From positions 56,775,988-56,839,987 of the forward strand of contig JASCQW010000119.1 of assembly GCA_030264375.1 (NCBI GenBank): a stretch of DNA of 64,000 bases, written 5' to 3'. Position 1 is the first letter of the stretch. Each line of letters begins with the position of its first letter. A program made the translations under genes and the position numbers. Positions 1-36,797 of the stretch are shown here, piece by piece. Under the pieces are notes generated by a model. The model saw nothing but the letters and a program-made list of their open reading frames with translations, was not told the origin of the DNA and made no database searches. This DNA comes from Carcharhinus longimanus. Lineage: Eukaryota.

Positions 1-380
1 GAAGAGGGAATCCCCTCGAAAGCTAGTGAATTTACTATCAAATAAATCGGTTGGACTAAAACCTGGTGTTGTCAGACCTTTTACTATGCTATCTGTAACC
101 CATACAACTTGCCTGGGTTTGCAAAATCTCACTAACTGTCCTGTCTGGAGACAATACGCATCTCTTTAACCTGTGCTTAACCCTCTGTCCAGTCACATTG
201 GATTACCTGTAAAGACTCGCAATCCAACCACATAAATTGAGTTTGTGTCTTCATATGTCCTACTTATGAACAGAACTCCCACCTACCTGACGAAGGGGCA
301 GTGCTCTGAAAGCTTATGGCTTTTGCTACCAAATAAACCTGTTGGACTTTAACCTGGTGTTGTGAGACTTCTTACTGTGT
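1..380 (+). mobile_element. Two tandem Penelope-like element 3' tails (pLTR) with minimal hammerhead motifs
   Basis: Repeated tail CAAATAAAyyNGTTGGACTwwAACCTGGTGTTGT at ~40-75 and ~330-365; CTGACGA...GAAAGCT at 287-314. Confidence 0.7.
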
Positions 381-1080
381 TGAGGGATCTCTCTGGGAGG
401 TGAAAAGAGCCAAATGAAATAATTACTTTTCTAAACTCCATCTCATCCCTTAATGAGTGTACACAGCTTCAATGAGAGAATTTTACCATGGGAATGAGCA
501 CAGCTTTTGTGTACCCTGTATGACAGTAATGGCAAACATTGTAAAACATAGATAAGAAGTATCTGATTTTATGCTGTTGTGGATATTGCAAAAGGGAGTA
601 TGGTGACATCAAGGCTGTAAATGTGATGTGACATGAGCTTGCAGCAACCAGTTTGAAGCAAGATTGTAACTATTGCACTTGCAAATGTTTCCAAGCCTAG
701 TGACATTTTTGGAAATTATGGCTGGCAATCGTGTGAGAAGTGTGATGTTGAATTGGCTGCTTGTCATACATCCTCTTGACTTTGCAATTGAGCGGTGTTT
801 ATAGCAGGTAACTGTTGCAATATTCTCTGCTTCACGACTGTATTGAAGTCATTGAAACTTCCAGTGAATGTTCTTCAACTTCTACCTTTTTCTGTGTGAC
901 GCTAATTCTGATAATTACATTGCTTGTTTGTATCTCTGCTTTCCTCCTTTTTATTCGGTTCTTTTTAATCAATGTCTGTTTTACTCAACTCTGCACCAAT
1001 TGCAAAAATGCACTTTTTGGGAGCAAAAATGTCAATTTTGACAATTGAAAGTTATTTAAATCTGCACTGACTCCTTGACA

Positions 1081-1365
1081 GAGCACCTTACCCAGGCCCT
1101 CTGCCCTGCCCTATCCCTGTAATCCCACATATCTCCCATGGCTAATCCATCTAACCTACACAGCTTGAGACACAAAGGGGCAATTTAGCATGGCCAATCC
1201 ACCTAATCGGCTCATCTTTGGACTGTGGGAGGAAACTGGAGTACCTGGAGGAAACCCACGCAGACACTAGAAGAACGTGCAAACTCAACAGTCACCCAAG
1301 ACGAGAATTGAACTCAGGTTTCTGGAGCTGTGAGGCAGCACTGCTAACCACACCACTGTACCACC
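1081..1365 (-). mobile_element. HE1-like (V-domain) tRNA-derived SINE
   Basis: Reverse complement of GTGGTTAGCA.TGCTGCCTCACAGC...GGGTTTCCTCC...TTTCCTCCCACAGTCCAAAGATG; many copies in the window. Confidence 0.85.
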
Positions 1366-2529
1366 TTCTCCAGGGCAATTAAGGATGGGTAATAAATGGT
1401 GGCCTAGCCTGTAATGCCTGCATCCTGTAAAATAATACATTAACAAAAATGCCAAAGTCTCATGGCCAGGACTCATTTATTTACAATGCCACAATCTGAC
1501 AAAATATCAGGGGAAAAAAAAGCTGTATATAGATTTGTTTCTTCTCGTTGAGGAAACGTGGATAATCTTTTGAAGGGTAATCAATTATTTCTTTAGCTGG
1601 ATCAAAGAACTAAAGTGCAAACTATGACTATGATTAACTCTCGAGGCCATTGTATCATGTCAGATTCCAACTGAACTGTTAAGGTGCATTTAAGATCCAC
1701 AGTGGTGCCACTTAATTATCGAAAAGATTAGAAATTAGAGTACAGGGATCAAATTGACTTAAATGGAGTGATTAAACTATCACCCTTCTGAAAAAAATCT
1801 ATATATAATGGGCCATTATTTCCTGTAGCCATGAGATAGATCTGTCCTTGCCCATTTAAATCTGACTATTTTCTGTGGTGTGTTGCTGGAAGTGAAAACT
1901 AAAAACAACTGAGGCAAATGGGGTGTCTGGGATCTGATCAAACAGGACAAGCAACTGTTTATCTTCGTCAATTAGAATGGAGGTTTGTGAGATAAACAGT
2001 CTGAATTGAGAAGAACATGTGAACTTGCCCATCAATTCAACGTCAAATCAGAAAGGGAAACAGATGGGGGGGAGGTAGTTGAAGACAGAAATGAGAAATA
2101 TTTTAAAATTTTACATTTGTAAGTACTCCAAACCTAATTCTGCACTTGTAATTGTTAAGTTTTGATGCTTAGGTTGATTGGCAGTAATTAACAATGAAAA
2201 CATTTATTAAAAGAATCTCTGACCAGTCAGTTGCTGCTTAACTCAACATGTACGGACCTCAAAAGACTCTGTAATAGGCTTCTTGGCTTTCTTTATTTTA
2301 AAGTGTGTTTTGAATGAGTTTAAAATCTTGCTTCATATATCACTTCAGACCAATATAACTTAGTGTGCAAAGTTTAGAATTTACTGTAAGTATACCAGTT
2401 TTGTGCTTCAGTGCCTTCCAATGGGGAGCCAGAGCAGGATGCTATTTTCAAAGCTAATGACCAGGTAGTCAACTTTTAGATTAGTGCTTTTTAATTGTGT
2501 CTGCCTCTGCAAGAAAGTACAGTAGCAAT

Positions 2530-3200
2530 AAATAAGTATAAAGAACAAAAATATGAAGGCATGCTCATCTTTATAATATGCTTTATAAAATATGAGCTGG
2601 AGTGTGGTGTTTAGTTCTGGCTATTATCCTTTTGGAAAGGTGTCAACTCCTTTGAGAAGATTTTATTAGGTTAATAACATTAGAAATGGGAGCTAGATAA
2701 TGTCATACAGTTTCCTGAGGAAGTATTACAATTCAGCAAGTTCAGGGATGATGTTTTGCACCAGCTCACATTGCTGCTCTATCCAATGACTTTTTGTTAC
2801 TAGGTATGAACAGATAGGTAGAAAAGCTGGCATTCTCCTTTCAACGGCAAAGGTTGTGAGAAGATTCAAGAAGAAGTGTTCAGTTTTGAAAGACTAAATA
2901 AGGAAAAACTGTCCCTAATGACAGATGGTTGATGACCAGATGAGACAGATTTAAGGAAATTTGTAAAAGAATCAAAGTTAGGCAAGGTTTATTCCATTGT
3001 GCTGTTATGACCTGATTTGTACTGTCTGAAGGGATGGCAGATGCAGATTGAATTGTGATGTTCAAAAGAGAATTGGATAAACACTTGAGGGGAAAACTTG
3101 AGGACTTTTGGGAAAGAGTAGAGGAACATGACTAACTGGATAGCTCTCTCAAAGAGCTGGCACAGAAGGCTAAATGGCTTCCCTGTGTGCCAAATCTATA
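2530..3200 (+). mobile_element. Degenerate CR1 LINE 3' fragment
   Basis: Decayed RT C-terminus (GAGCTGGAGTGTGGTGTTTAGTTCTGG) and CR1-type 3'UTR, similar to 31230-32190. Confidence 0.65.
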
Positions 3201-3602
3201 AATCCCTGTTGCTGAAATATCATTCTAAGTTAAGTATGCTTTTGAGCATAGCCTGATGTGCCTCTAGATTGCTTGTTCCTGTGGTGAAATGAGTAGCTTG
3301 GGATAAGCCTTGACGTTTGCGTTTCAGGCACCTGTTTGGTATAAAATGTACTACATTTTATTTTGCAGCCATGCACTGTTCATTGCTGCACATTTTATTT
3401 GGTATCAATAGCAGGATCATGCAACATGTTTGTTTGCAATCATCATGCAAGTTAAATTCCAAAAGATCACTATTTTGGTATTTAATGCCCTCCTTTCAGG
3501 TTGTGGTGAATAAACTCTAATTGGATATGACTACATTATTATATGATGCATTGTTATTACTGAGGAGAAACTAGTTTGATTTAAGTGCTCCCACATAAGT
3601 TA

Positions 3603-3898
3603 GGCTAAGATCAAGTGTAGTATTGATGTGCTGTGCTTTGTTGAAATCATTAGGTTACATCTTAGCTTCATTTGAAGCAATTTTTAAAAGTGGCATCTTG
3701 ACCTTTTGGGTAAGATGCAAATGAGATCAAACTTTGGAGGAGGAGTTATGCCTACTCCAAACAGCTTGGATTGTGTAGATCAAGCCCAGACAGGAGGTGA
3801 GAGCCCTATCTTGCCAGCTTGGATTGGGAATGCCTCAACTTGTTGAGACTCTGAATTGGACTTGATTTGATTGAATTGGAATAAAAAACAAAAAAAAA
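3603..3898 (+). repeat. U2 snRNA 5'-derived fragments and U2-headed repeat with A-rich tail
   Basis: 3603-3623 equals vertebrate U2 nt 19-39 (GGCTAAGATCAAGTGTAGTAT). 3693-3720 matches U2 nt 4-30 at 23/27 positions plus one insertion. Ends AATAAAAAACAAAAAAAAA. Confidence 0.75.
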
Positions 3899-4844
3899 GT
3901 TAGGCAATATGTGAACTCCTCTTCCAATGCCTATCAGAAAATCACTGCCATATATTCTTTAAAGCTTAGTGTAATCCAGTTGTGAAGGTCTGGTGCAGTA
4001 CCAAGGAGGATAGCTGATGTATGTAGGTGAGATGACATCCAAATAAGTATTTGTGTCACTGGAAGCACTCTGCAGGCCTTTGTCTAGGGAGAAACTGAAT
4101 TAACATTTCAGATTGAGCATTCATCAGAACTTTGTCACTCTTTTTTAGGTTGTGGACCTCAAACTCCCTTTTTAATTCTGTGATGCAAGATCTACTTTCC
4201 TTCCTTGAACTCTCCTCTTCCATCCATAAGTTGTACATCTGGAAAATGGTGTCACGAGCATGGAATTGGTTTTCAAACATGTGCCAGTAATACTGAGCTT
4301 TATATCTTTTTTTTCTGCTGTATCTTCCAGTTGCTGTCAGCATCATGTTTTGGATCTGCCAGCACTAAGACTAAAGCCATTATGTTCAGCCCATGCCAGA
4401 GACACCATATTGTAGGTCCTGATCTTGCCCCTTCCTTTCTATTGGACCAAATGGCATGCAATCTTGATGCTCAACTACTTCATCCTCGACTGTTCTTAAA
4501 GAACAGCACCTAGAATGAGAGTACCCGCTAGAGTGCAGAGGCTGTTCAGCCCATCAAGTCTGCACTGACTCTCCAGGAGCATCATACCTGACAGGAAAGG
4601 GAGGCATTAAAAAGTGATCTTGCATGACTTGTGCAAAAATAAACATGTATGATCCTGCTATTGACAGAAATAAAACATGTAGCTTCCAAAAGTCAAGAAC
4701 ACCACTTATGATCACAAATGTTATTTCTTCACTGGAGATTGGATTCCCACTATGCTGTGAGCCAACTGATATTTCAAAATCTTGCATGCTCAAACCTAAA
4801 TATATTCCCTATCAATCATTAAGTAGCAGCAAATATATATTAGC

Positions 4845-5200
4845 AACTTGCATTTACATAGCACCTTTTTTAATGTAGAAAGATACCCCAAGGTGCTTAA
4901 TGAGTATGTTTGTTAAAAATTTGCATTTATGTTGCTTTTCATGGCCACCACCCTTCACAAAGTGCTTAGCAATTAGCAATCTCTGTTACAATTTAGGAAA
5001 CTTGGTAGCTAATTGTCTTCTCTCTCATGTGGCTGACTTCAACATCCACCTGAGAGAGAGAAAGAATAACTTATCCAAAAGATGACATCTCTAGGCAGTG
5101 CTCCCTTTTTGTCCTGTCCTGGTGTGTCAGCTTAGATGATGTGGCCAAAATCACCATCTTCTGGCTAGAGTGCGATCAACAGAACCACAGCTATCATCTA
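4845..5200 (-). mobile_element. Deu-domain (SacSINE1/AmnSINE-like) SINE, degenerate
   Basis: Reverse complement of GCTGACAC...GGGAGCACTGC...ATGTCATCTTT with tail GCTATGTAAATGCAAGTTG. Confidence 0.55.
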
Positions 5201-5626
5201 AATTTGACACTGAGTCACACGAGATATCCAAAGGGATCACTAGAACACATATTGTACTGTGCACAATATAGAACAACTTGGACACAGCAGTTTAACATCT
5301 CATTAACCCTCTTCAAATCCAATATTGCTTAAGTTTAAAAAAAAAAGTCCAGGAAACAATCATGCCAGGAGAATTTTTTTCAGTCTGTTGTACGTGTTAT
5401 ATTTAATGCTGCTTGTGAATTACTTGTTTGAACAAGTTTTCAAAACCAAACATAGATTCTCTTGAGTGATAATTCCAATCAATAGTGATTAGATAAAGGT
5501 ACTATTTGACAAGTAATAGCATAAATTGTGTTTCTGTATCTTTTTTAAGATACAATGGCATGCTATTGAGAAACACTTTGAAATGGGTTGACATTCCAAA
5601 TGGTATCTATGATGCCTGCTGATATT

Positions 5627-5938
5627 CATAGAATCTCTACAGTACAGCAAAAGGCCATCTGGCCCATTGAGTCTGCACCAACTGCAATACTACCCAGGCC
5701 CTACTCGTATCCCTACACATTTACCTACTAATCCCACTAACCTACGCATCTCAGGAAACTAAGGGGCAATTTTAGCATAGCCAATCAACCTAACCGCACA
5801 TCTTTGGACTGTGGGAGGAAACCGGAGCACCCGAAGGAAACCCTCGCAGATACAAGGAGAATTGCAAACTGCACACAGTAACCCAAGCCAGGAATCGAAT
5901 CTAGGTCCCTGGCAACAATGCTAACCGCTGTGCCACCC
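5627..5938 (-). mobile_element. HE1-like SINE
   Basis: Near full-length reverse-complement copy of the element at 8141-8472. Confidence 0.85.
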
Positions 5939-6221
5939 TATTTTATAGTTGGGGTCCATAGACACCTGGGCATTTGTAGAGACTTTGCAGGGGATCGGCA
6001 ACATAATGTGAACTGCCCTTTTTTTTTTACTGTAGTGAAGGGGGTTGGGCATCCACCAATTCAATTGCTCAATGCCATATCCTTCTCAGTTTGCCACCCG
6101 CACTTTCTATACTCATGTTCTGTCTGTTCTTGATACTGTGATGTTGCTGCCAATTAGCTCTGGTTGAATCTATCCTGCGTTATTGGCCAGCACATGTTTC
6201 AAAACTCATCCTAAAACTCAC

Positions 6222-6451
6222 CAAAAGAGAAAATGCTGGGAAACCTCAGCAGATCTGGCAGCATCTTTGAGAGAAAAGAGCTGACGTTTCGAGTCCAGAT
6301 GACCCTTTGTCAAAGCTTTGACAAAGGGTCATCTGGACTTAAAACGTCAGCTCTTTTCTGCCCTTACAGATGCTGCTAGATCTGCTGAGATTTTCCAGTG
6401 GTTTCTCCTTTGATTTCAGATTCCAGCATCCGCAGTAATTTGCTTTTATCA
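6222..6451. mobile_element. Palindromic Penelope-derived element (loopless inverted repeat centred at 6315/6316)
   Basis: 44-bp inner arms with 2 mismatches, extending to about 95 bp per arm; tail CAGATGCTGC.AGA.CTGCTGAG...CAGCATCCGCAGT. Confidence 0.8.
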
Positions 6452-6889
6452 TTCCAATACTCTCTTGATTTGAAAACCTGTCTTGTTCGCCATTCTTATA
6501 ACCACTTAGCTTCAACCCAGCTTCTTATTTCTTTCCAAAATCATCTTTGAAAATTGATCCTTGCATTCCAGACTGAAAAATTAGTTGACTAGTGTTAGCT
6601 GTGGTAGGCTCCCACCCTGAATATCTAAAAGTTCTATCTCTTCCTCAAGTCATTTTCACCCAGCTTTCCCTTCCTTGAATTCTGATTTGGATGTATCCAT
6701 GAAGGAAAACGTGGTGTAAAAGTTTGTCTACTATGTAATGCCTTAGTATTCTCTGAAATTAATCAGTCTCGATCTCAAAAGTAGTGAATTAACTATTTGC
6801 ACAAATACATATGTAATGCTCAAAATTGTTTGCATATTGCAGCTAATGTGCTTTACTGGTCTCACGAGTATGAAAGTCACTGAAGTACC

Positions 6890-7080
6890 AGATGGCCATA
6901 GGTTGCTCTCCTTTTTGAGAGAGAGCTGACTGGTTGTCATATAACCTGAGGGTCACTAAACCTTAGTCGAGGGGCAAGGTTGAGGAGGCAGGGCCTTCAT
7001 GAATAACCTCAACTGGTATGGGAATAGAACCCACGTTGTTGGCATCACTGCATCATGAATCAGCCACCCAGTCAACTAAA
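6890..7080 (-). mobile_element. tRNA-headed SINE of a second family
   Basis: Minus strand reads TTAGTTGACTGGGTGGCTG...GTGGGTTCTATTCCC (A/B-box-like head). Confidence 0.5.
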
Positions 7081-7967
7081 TATAAATAACCTTTCCAAAT
7101 TGTTTTTTAGAATAGAAATGTACCGTTCTTAAATTTTGCAATTAACTGTCCTGCATCTTGTTTGCAAAAATAAATGCAATCAGTTTGTTCTATGTTTGCT
7201 TGCACCTGAAAACTAAAAGCAATTTCAGTATGTAATTTGACTTTTGGAGGAAGTACCCATTATGTGACCATTCCTAAGTTCTGGTTTAGTGATTAATGCA
7301 TAGACTGGCAATGTAGCCAAGCTGGAACGTGATTCGATACTTAAAATGTAACCAGGGAAGTATAAGAGGAACGTTTCTGCCCAAAATGAAACACAGACAT
7401 TGAAGATTAGCAAATTTTCTCAACCAGTAATCCTAAAACAGGGCAGTAACATCAAACATTGAGAAATGGAAACAAATAAATTTGCAGCTAAAGGGGAAAT
7501 ATTGTTTGTCCTTAACCTTGAATCACTGTTTTTCATCTGCTCTCCTGACTTTGAAAGATGTTTCTTGTATAGATCAGTTATCACCACCTTACAGTTTGTA
7601 ACCACCTCCACAGATGACCATAACCAGTTGTACCTTGAATTTCTCTTTCGATGGCCCTCTCTTTTATTTCTTTCCCCTTGGCTGGACATTTTTTTTTTGC
7701 TCCGCTCACTGAATAGACTCTGAATCATTTGTAGAGGATCTTTCCTGTGTACGTTTACGAAGAGGAAATTGTGGGCACTGAAATCCACATGATGAAAAAA
7801 AATTAGACTTTGTTACTACAGCTTAAAAAAGGAAACTGTATTGGAATGCAAAATGGAAACCAATAATTTGTTTTTATGGACACCTTCAATTTCGTTGTTC
7901 AGTTGTATATTTTATTTTGAATGCATATAAAATGGGTGAAGTCTGAACTCTTTGTATTTGCTTACAG

Positions 7968-32503
<24,536 letters not shown>

Positions 32504-35500
32504 AGCTGGATTTTTAAAAAAGGGAAATCTGAGGAGAAAAAATAAACTGTGATCACAAATCTATTCTCACCCCAAACCACTCTACTTTCATCACTTTCTA
32601 CCGATCAGAGTTGAGCAAAAAAGGTGATGGCTGAACCTGTTGAGAGGCTCTCCTTACAGTCTTATGAATGGGAGTGAGATTTGAAACACTAGTCTTGCTG
32701 TCCCGTACTGGTCAACTTTTGGAACAAATAGTAGATGCTCAGCTGAGGTACATGCCTGCAGTTTTTTTGCTCTTGTTAATTTGGATGGAGGCTTGAAGAC
32801 ACCTAAATGATGAAAAAATGGCTGTGGTACTTGGGGTGAGATAGAAATCAGCCAGTCGGATGCCTTTACCAAAGGCTGTTGTGGGCCCTGTTACCAGGGC
32901 AATAGGCATGAATTTTGTAGTTCCTAACAACGTGTTCAAAATTAAATATGAAGATTGTCTTATTACCTGGGGACTGGGCCTATCACAGCTACACTGATTT
33001 ATTCTTGCATTGTCTCTGCCCTGTCAAAGTGAGTCTTTTGTGATGCTTAAATAAATAACTACAAGAATTTTCCCCAGATCTACTTGTATGTGAGTACAAG
33101 TTCAAATGTAACATGTGACATAGCTCTTCATGCTGCATTTCCTAAAACTCCTGAAAACTTCACCCTGACTGGTGTGTGGCAGTCTCCATTGTTGCACTAA
33201 AGATACGTTGACTTGAATTAATCATTATGTCCCAGCAGATAACAATGGCACATAATTGGAGAGCTGTCCACACCGTAAATACAGGCTTTGGCTCCAATAT
33301 ATTTTTTGGTAGGTCGGTTAACTATGTAATTGATCTCTTGTTGTAGAGTTCCTACAGCCCAAACCATTGGGGGAGGATTATTTATTTGTTGTCCCCTCCC
33401 ACCCCTCCAGGATTGTTATGTGCATTTCTAGCCTGACTTTTATGTGGGGTTTTGTTTTACTCTTGTGACTTTTAGAGAAAATGTGTGTTTGTGTTTGACC
33501 TCCAACTTTTATCCCTCCCCCTTTATTCAAGTGTCCTTGATCTGAAATGTATAAAATGACGAGCCAAAAACAAACATGTTACAATTATACAGTAACACGG
33601 CAAAATGTTTCTTCAAGGGGAGGTTATTTCTTTTTAGATTTATGTTAAGTGAGAAAATTGGTCTGTTCCTGTCTGTGCGTTCTCAATCATTTTGGTTGCT
33701 TCAAGCCTAAGTCAGCCTAGTGCTTTGCCCATAGATGCATGATGGGGACTGTGCCTTAACTTTGACAAATGTTGTCTACTTCTGTAGTTTTAACATGAAA
33801 AGGTATCAGATTTTAATCATTTACGCCTAGTCCACTTCACTGATATTTTTCATCTCATCAGAAATGACTTTGGTGTTTTTAAACATTGTTTATTTTAATC
33901 AAAGAAGAAATTGTTTTGCTGTTCTAAGAAGTGGTTCTGGAACCAACCTGTCTTAATGACAATTGTCACCAATAGTATTTTACATGACAGTTAAATATTT
34001 TAAACCAGATTATCTTGTGCTTTATCCCCCATAATATTTCCTAAGAGGCAATTAAATGGTTTTGCAGGCTGATACTCTCTGGGCATTCTCCCAAGTTAGA
34101 TTCTTTCTTTAGGGGTATCTCATGGTGTTTCATAAATAGAGTTATTTACAGAATATGCTTTTGGGTGATAGCTCCTGTTCAATGTGCAGCATCAAATATT
34201 TCTTGAGACCAATTCCCCACTCTGTGACAAAGCTGTGCAATGGGATGATACCTCCTATTAGCTTGTACTTCGTTTCTACCATGTGCTCTAATCAAATTTT
34301 GGTCAAGCTAATCCCATTATGAAAAACGTTATACATCTGCTGAAGACCTATTGGCCTTTCTCAGAATCCCTTGTGTACATACATTTGAAAACCATAGTGT
34401 GTCAAATCTACCAAATAAGCAAGTAGACATACAGGCTTACTTTCCCGACTATCTGTACCAAATCACCATGTGTAAACATCCTCACATTGAATCGCCTTAT
34501 ACACAAGCCTGTGCTGATTTGTATTGAATCAGTGCATATACATTTTATATCATTTTATCAAACCACTTGGTGTCTACAGACGTGTTGACCATGTGCCATA
34601 TTACTGGGTATGTACAGAAACATACATACATGCACCAAGTAAACTTCTACACACTTCCGTCTATTGTTATTGAATCACCATGTACACAACCATTTATTTG
34701 TACAAAATCAACTTGTGTACACACTTGTACAATGAACCACTGAGTAGAATAAACATAGCTGTTTTGTCTTTCTGTGCAAATAGGAAGCTGTATGGTTCTT
34801 GTAAATTTCTATGAACAATTCCATGAATTGTTTCTTAAAACAAAATTTGAAGGTGAATCCCACTATTACATACTGATTAACACAATGTGTTGGTGCCTAA
34901 ATTGGAGCACAGTCTAAGCTTCTGTCATCCCTGCCTGCTGCTGTGAATGTTGCATGTAGAATCAACTTGGAGGGAGGTAAAATACTTGATAAAATACTGT
35001 TAGACTATCTCATGCTCTTGCATTTGGTGGAGGATAAAATTTCACATTCAGACGGTTATACCACTTTTTCAGCCGAATTGTAGTACCCCGGCTCTGTGAC
35101 AATGGATAGGGGCTATCTAATTGTTTGTTGCAACATTTGTACGCAGACATTTGTTGCGTTTAGACTGAAGGAAAAAAAAATTGACTGCTGTAGTGCTTAA
35201 TCAGTACTAAAAGGAGACAGGACATCCTGTGTGACTGACAGGATGGGCAGAGCTGACCAGAATATTGATCTTATCCATGAGGAAATACTGAAACTCCAAT
35301 GAGATATCAAAAAGCAGTCACTTCCCAGTCTATTTTCTTATAAGTATGTATAAATAAATTTGACTTTTTTTAAAGAGGGCACTATAGGTGAACAGCAGCT
35401 TAAACTTTATTATGTTATGACATGAGACGTGACCACTTAGCCGGTTACGGTTAAAATGAGAATAGTCCTGAATGTCAGAAGCCTTTCTAAACTCAAGTCA

Positions 35501-35890
35501 TGTAAATGTAGTTAATTTGTTTTTCTAATATTTTGTGAATCAATGTAACTGTAACAGCTTGTTCCCACTCCATTTGCTTTTGTGTTCTGATGAATTTGTG
35601 GTCAGGGCAGTGGGAGCCTTTTTTAAAATTCCTCTACTGGTACAACAGAAGATAGTTCAAGGTGATTTTTATTTAACTTTACATTTTGTCTTTATTATAT
35701 TCAGTTGTGGGTTGTAGAACACAGTACTGTTTTTTTCAGTTGCTACTCCAAACATACCTTCACTTGCCAAGCTCTTGTGTAAGTATATGTTTGGTAGGGT
35801 CTTGTAAGTTCAACATAAGTTTTGAATCTGATGTTATGAAACCACTATTTCTGTAATCTGGAAAATAAACTTGTTGCCTCATCTGTGACA
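32504..35890 (+). other. Long TRAM 3'UTR, probably ending after AATAAA at 35864-35869 (another candidate signal at 35353-35358)
   Basis: About 3.4 kb with no recognisable SINE or LINE directly after the stop codon. AATAAA is followed by GU/U-rich sequence. The end point is inferred. Confidence 0.6.
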
Positions 35891-36600
35891 TTTTAAATTG
35901 CTGATGGTCTTTGATGATTTGATATTTGAAATGCCAGATGTGCTGTGCTCTGTGTACTTTGCAGACTGGATAGTTCAGTTAAGTGATTTGTTTTGGAGGA
36001 AAACTTTCTTAGACAGATATAACAAACATTTACATTGATGTACAACACATACCAGTTATGTATAGACATATTCAATACACCTAATCTGCAGATAAAAGAA
36101 TGCAGATAAATGCAGCAATCCAATGGCTAGAGATGCATAGCCACTGATGGAAATACTGACAATTTGTGTAACCAGCTCTGAATTAGAATTGCATTGTCCT
36201 GTGCAAGAAATTTAGGCCAGGCATTAAATAGAATTTGGTTTTGCAACTGATGGGGTGCTCACAGTTTGCTTTGCTTGTTCCTGAAACCATTGTTTGAATG
36301 TTACAGTAGTGTCCAAAAGAGACAATTTGGCAGTTTCTCACTTCTGGTTACCTTAAATGGTAACCAAATTAACTTCAGCAATGGGTCAACAACAATGATA
36401 TGCATTTATTATTAATTGCTTTGCTTTGGAAATAACCTTGTCATAAGTTTTAACTGTTACATTGCTATGAAAATGTATCATGATAATTCTGAACCTAATT
36501 TTGAAAATACTCAAGCAGCTGTGAGGAGAAATAGTTGATATTGAGTCCAATGTGACTTTGAATAATTCTTTATCTGCAAAAGACTACTGCATGATATAAA

Positions 36601-36797
36601 GGGTGGCACAGTGGTTAGCATTGTTGCCAGAGACCCAGATTCTATTCTGGTCTTTGGTGACTGGAGCTTGCACATTCTCCCCGTGTCTGCACGGATTTCC
36701 TCCAGATGCTGTGGTTTCCTCCCATGGTCCAAAGGTGTGCTGGTTAAGTGGATTGCCCAGGTTAAATTGCCCCTTGGTGTCAGGGGGATTAGCAGGG
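36601..36797 (+). mobile_element. HE1-like SINE, 3' part in gap
   Basis: Head and V-core. Confidence 0.8.

Noticed and set aside
3603-3623. Functional U2 snRNA gene
   Set aside because: Only 21 nt match; no Sm site, 3' stem-loops or snRNA promoter.
1-7967. TRAM exon 1 (…HEFVxQNHAD…)
   Set aside because: No such coding sequence or CpG island was seen; it must lie upstream of the window.
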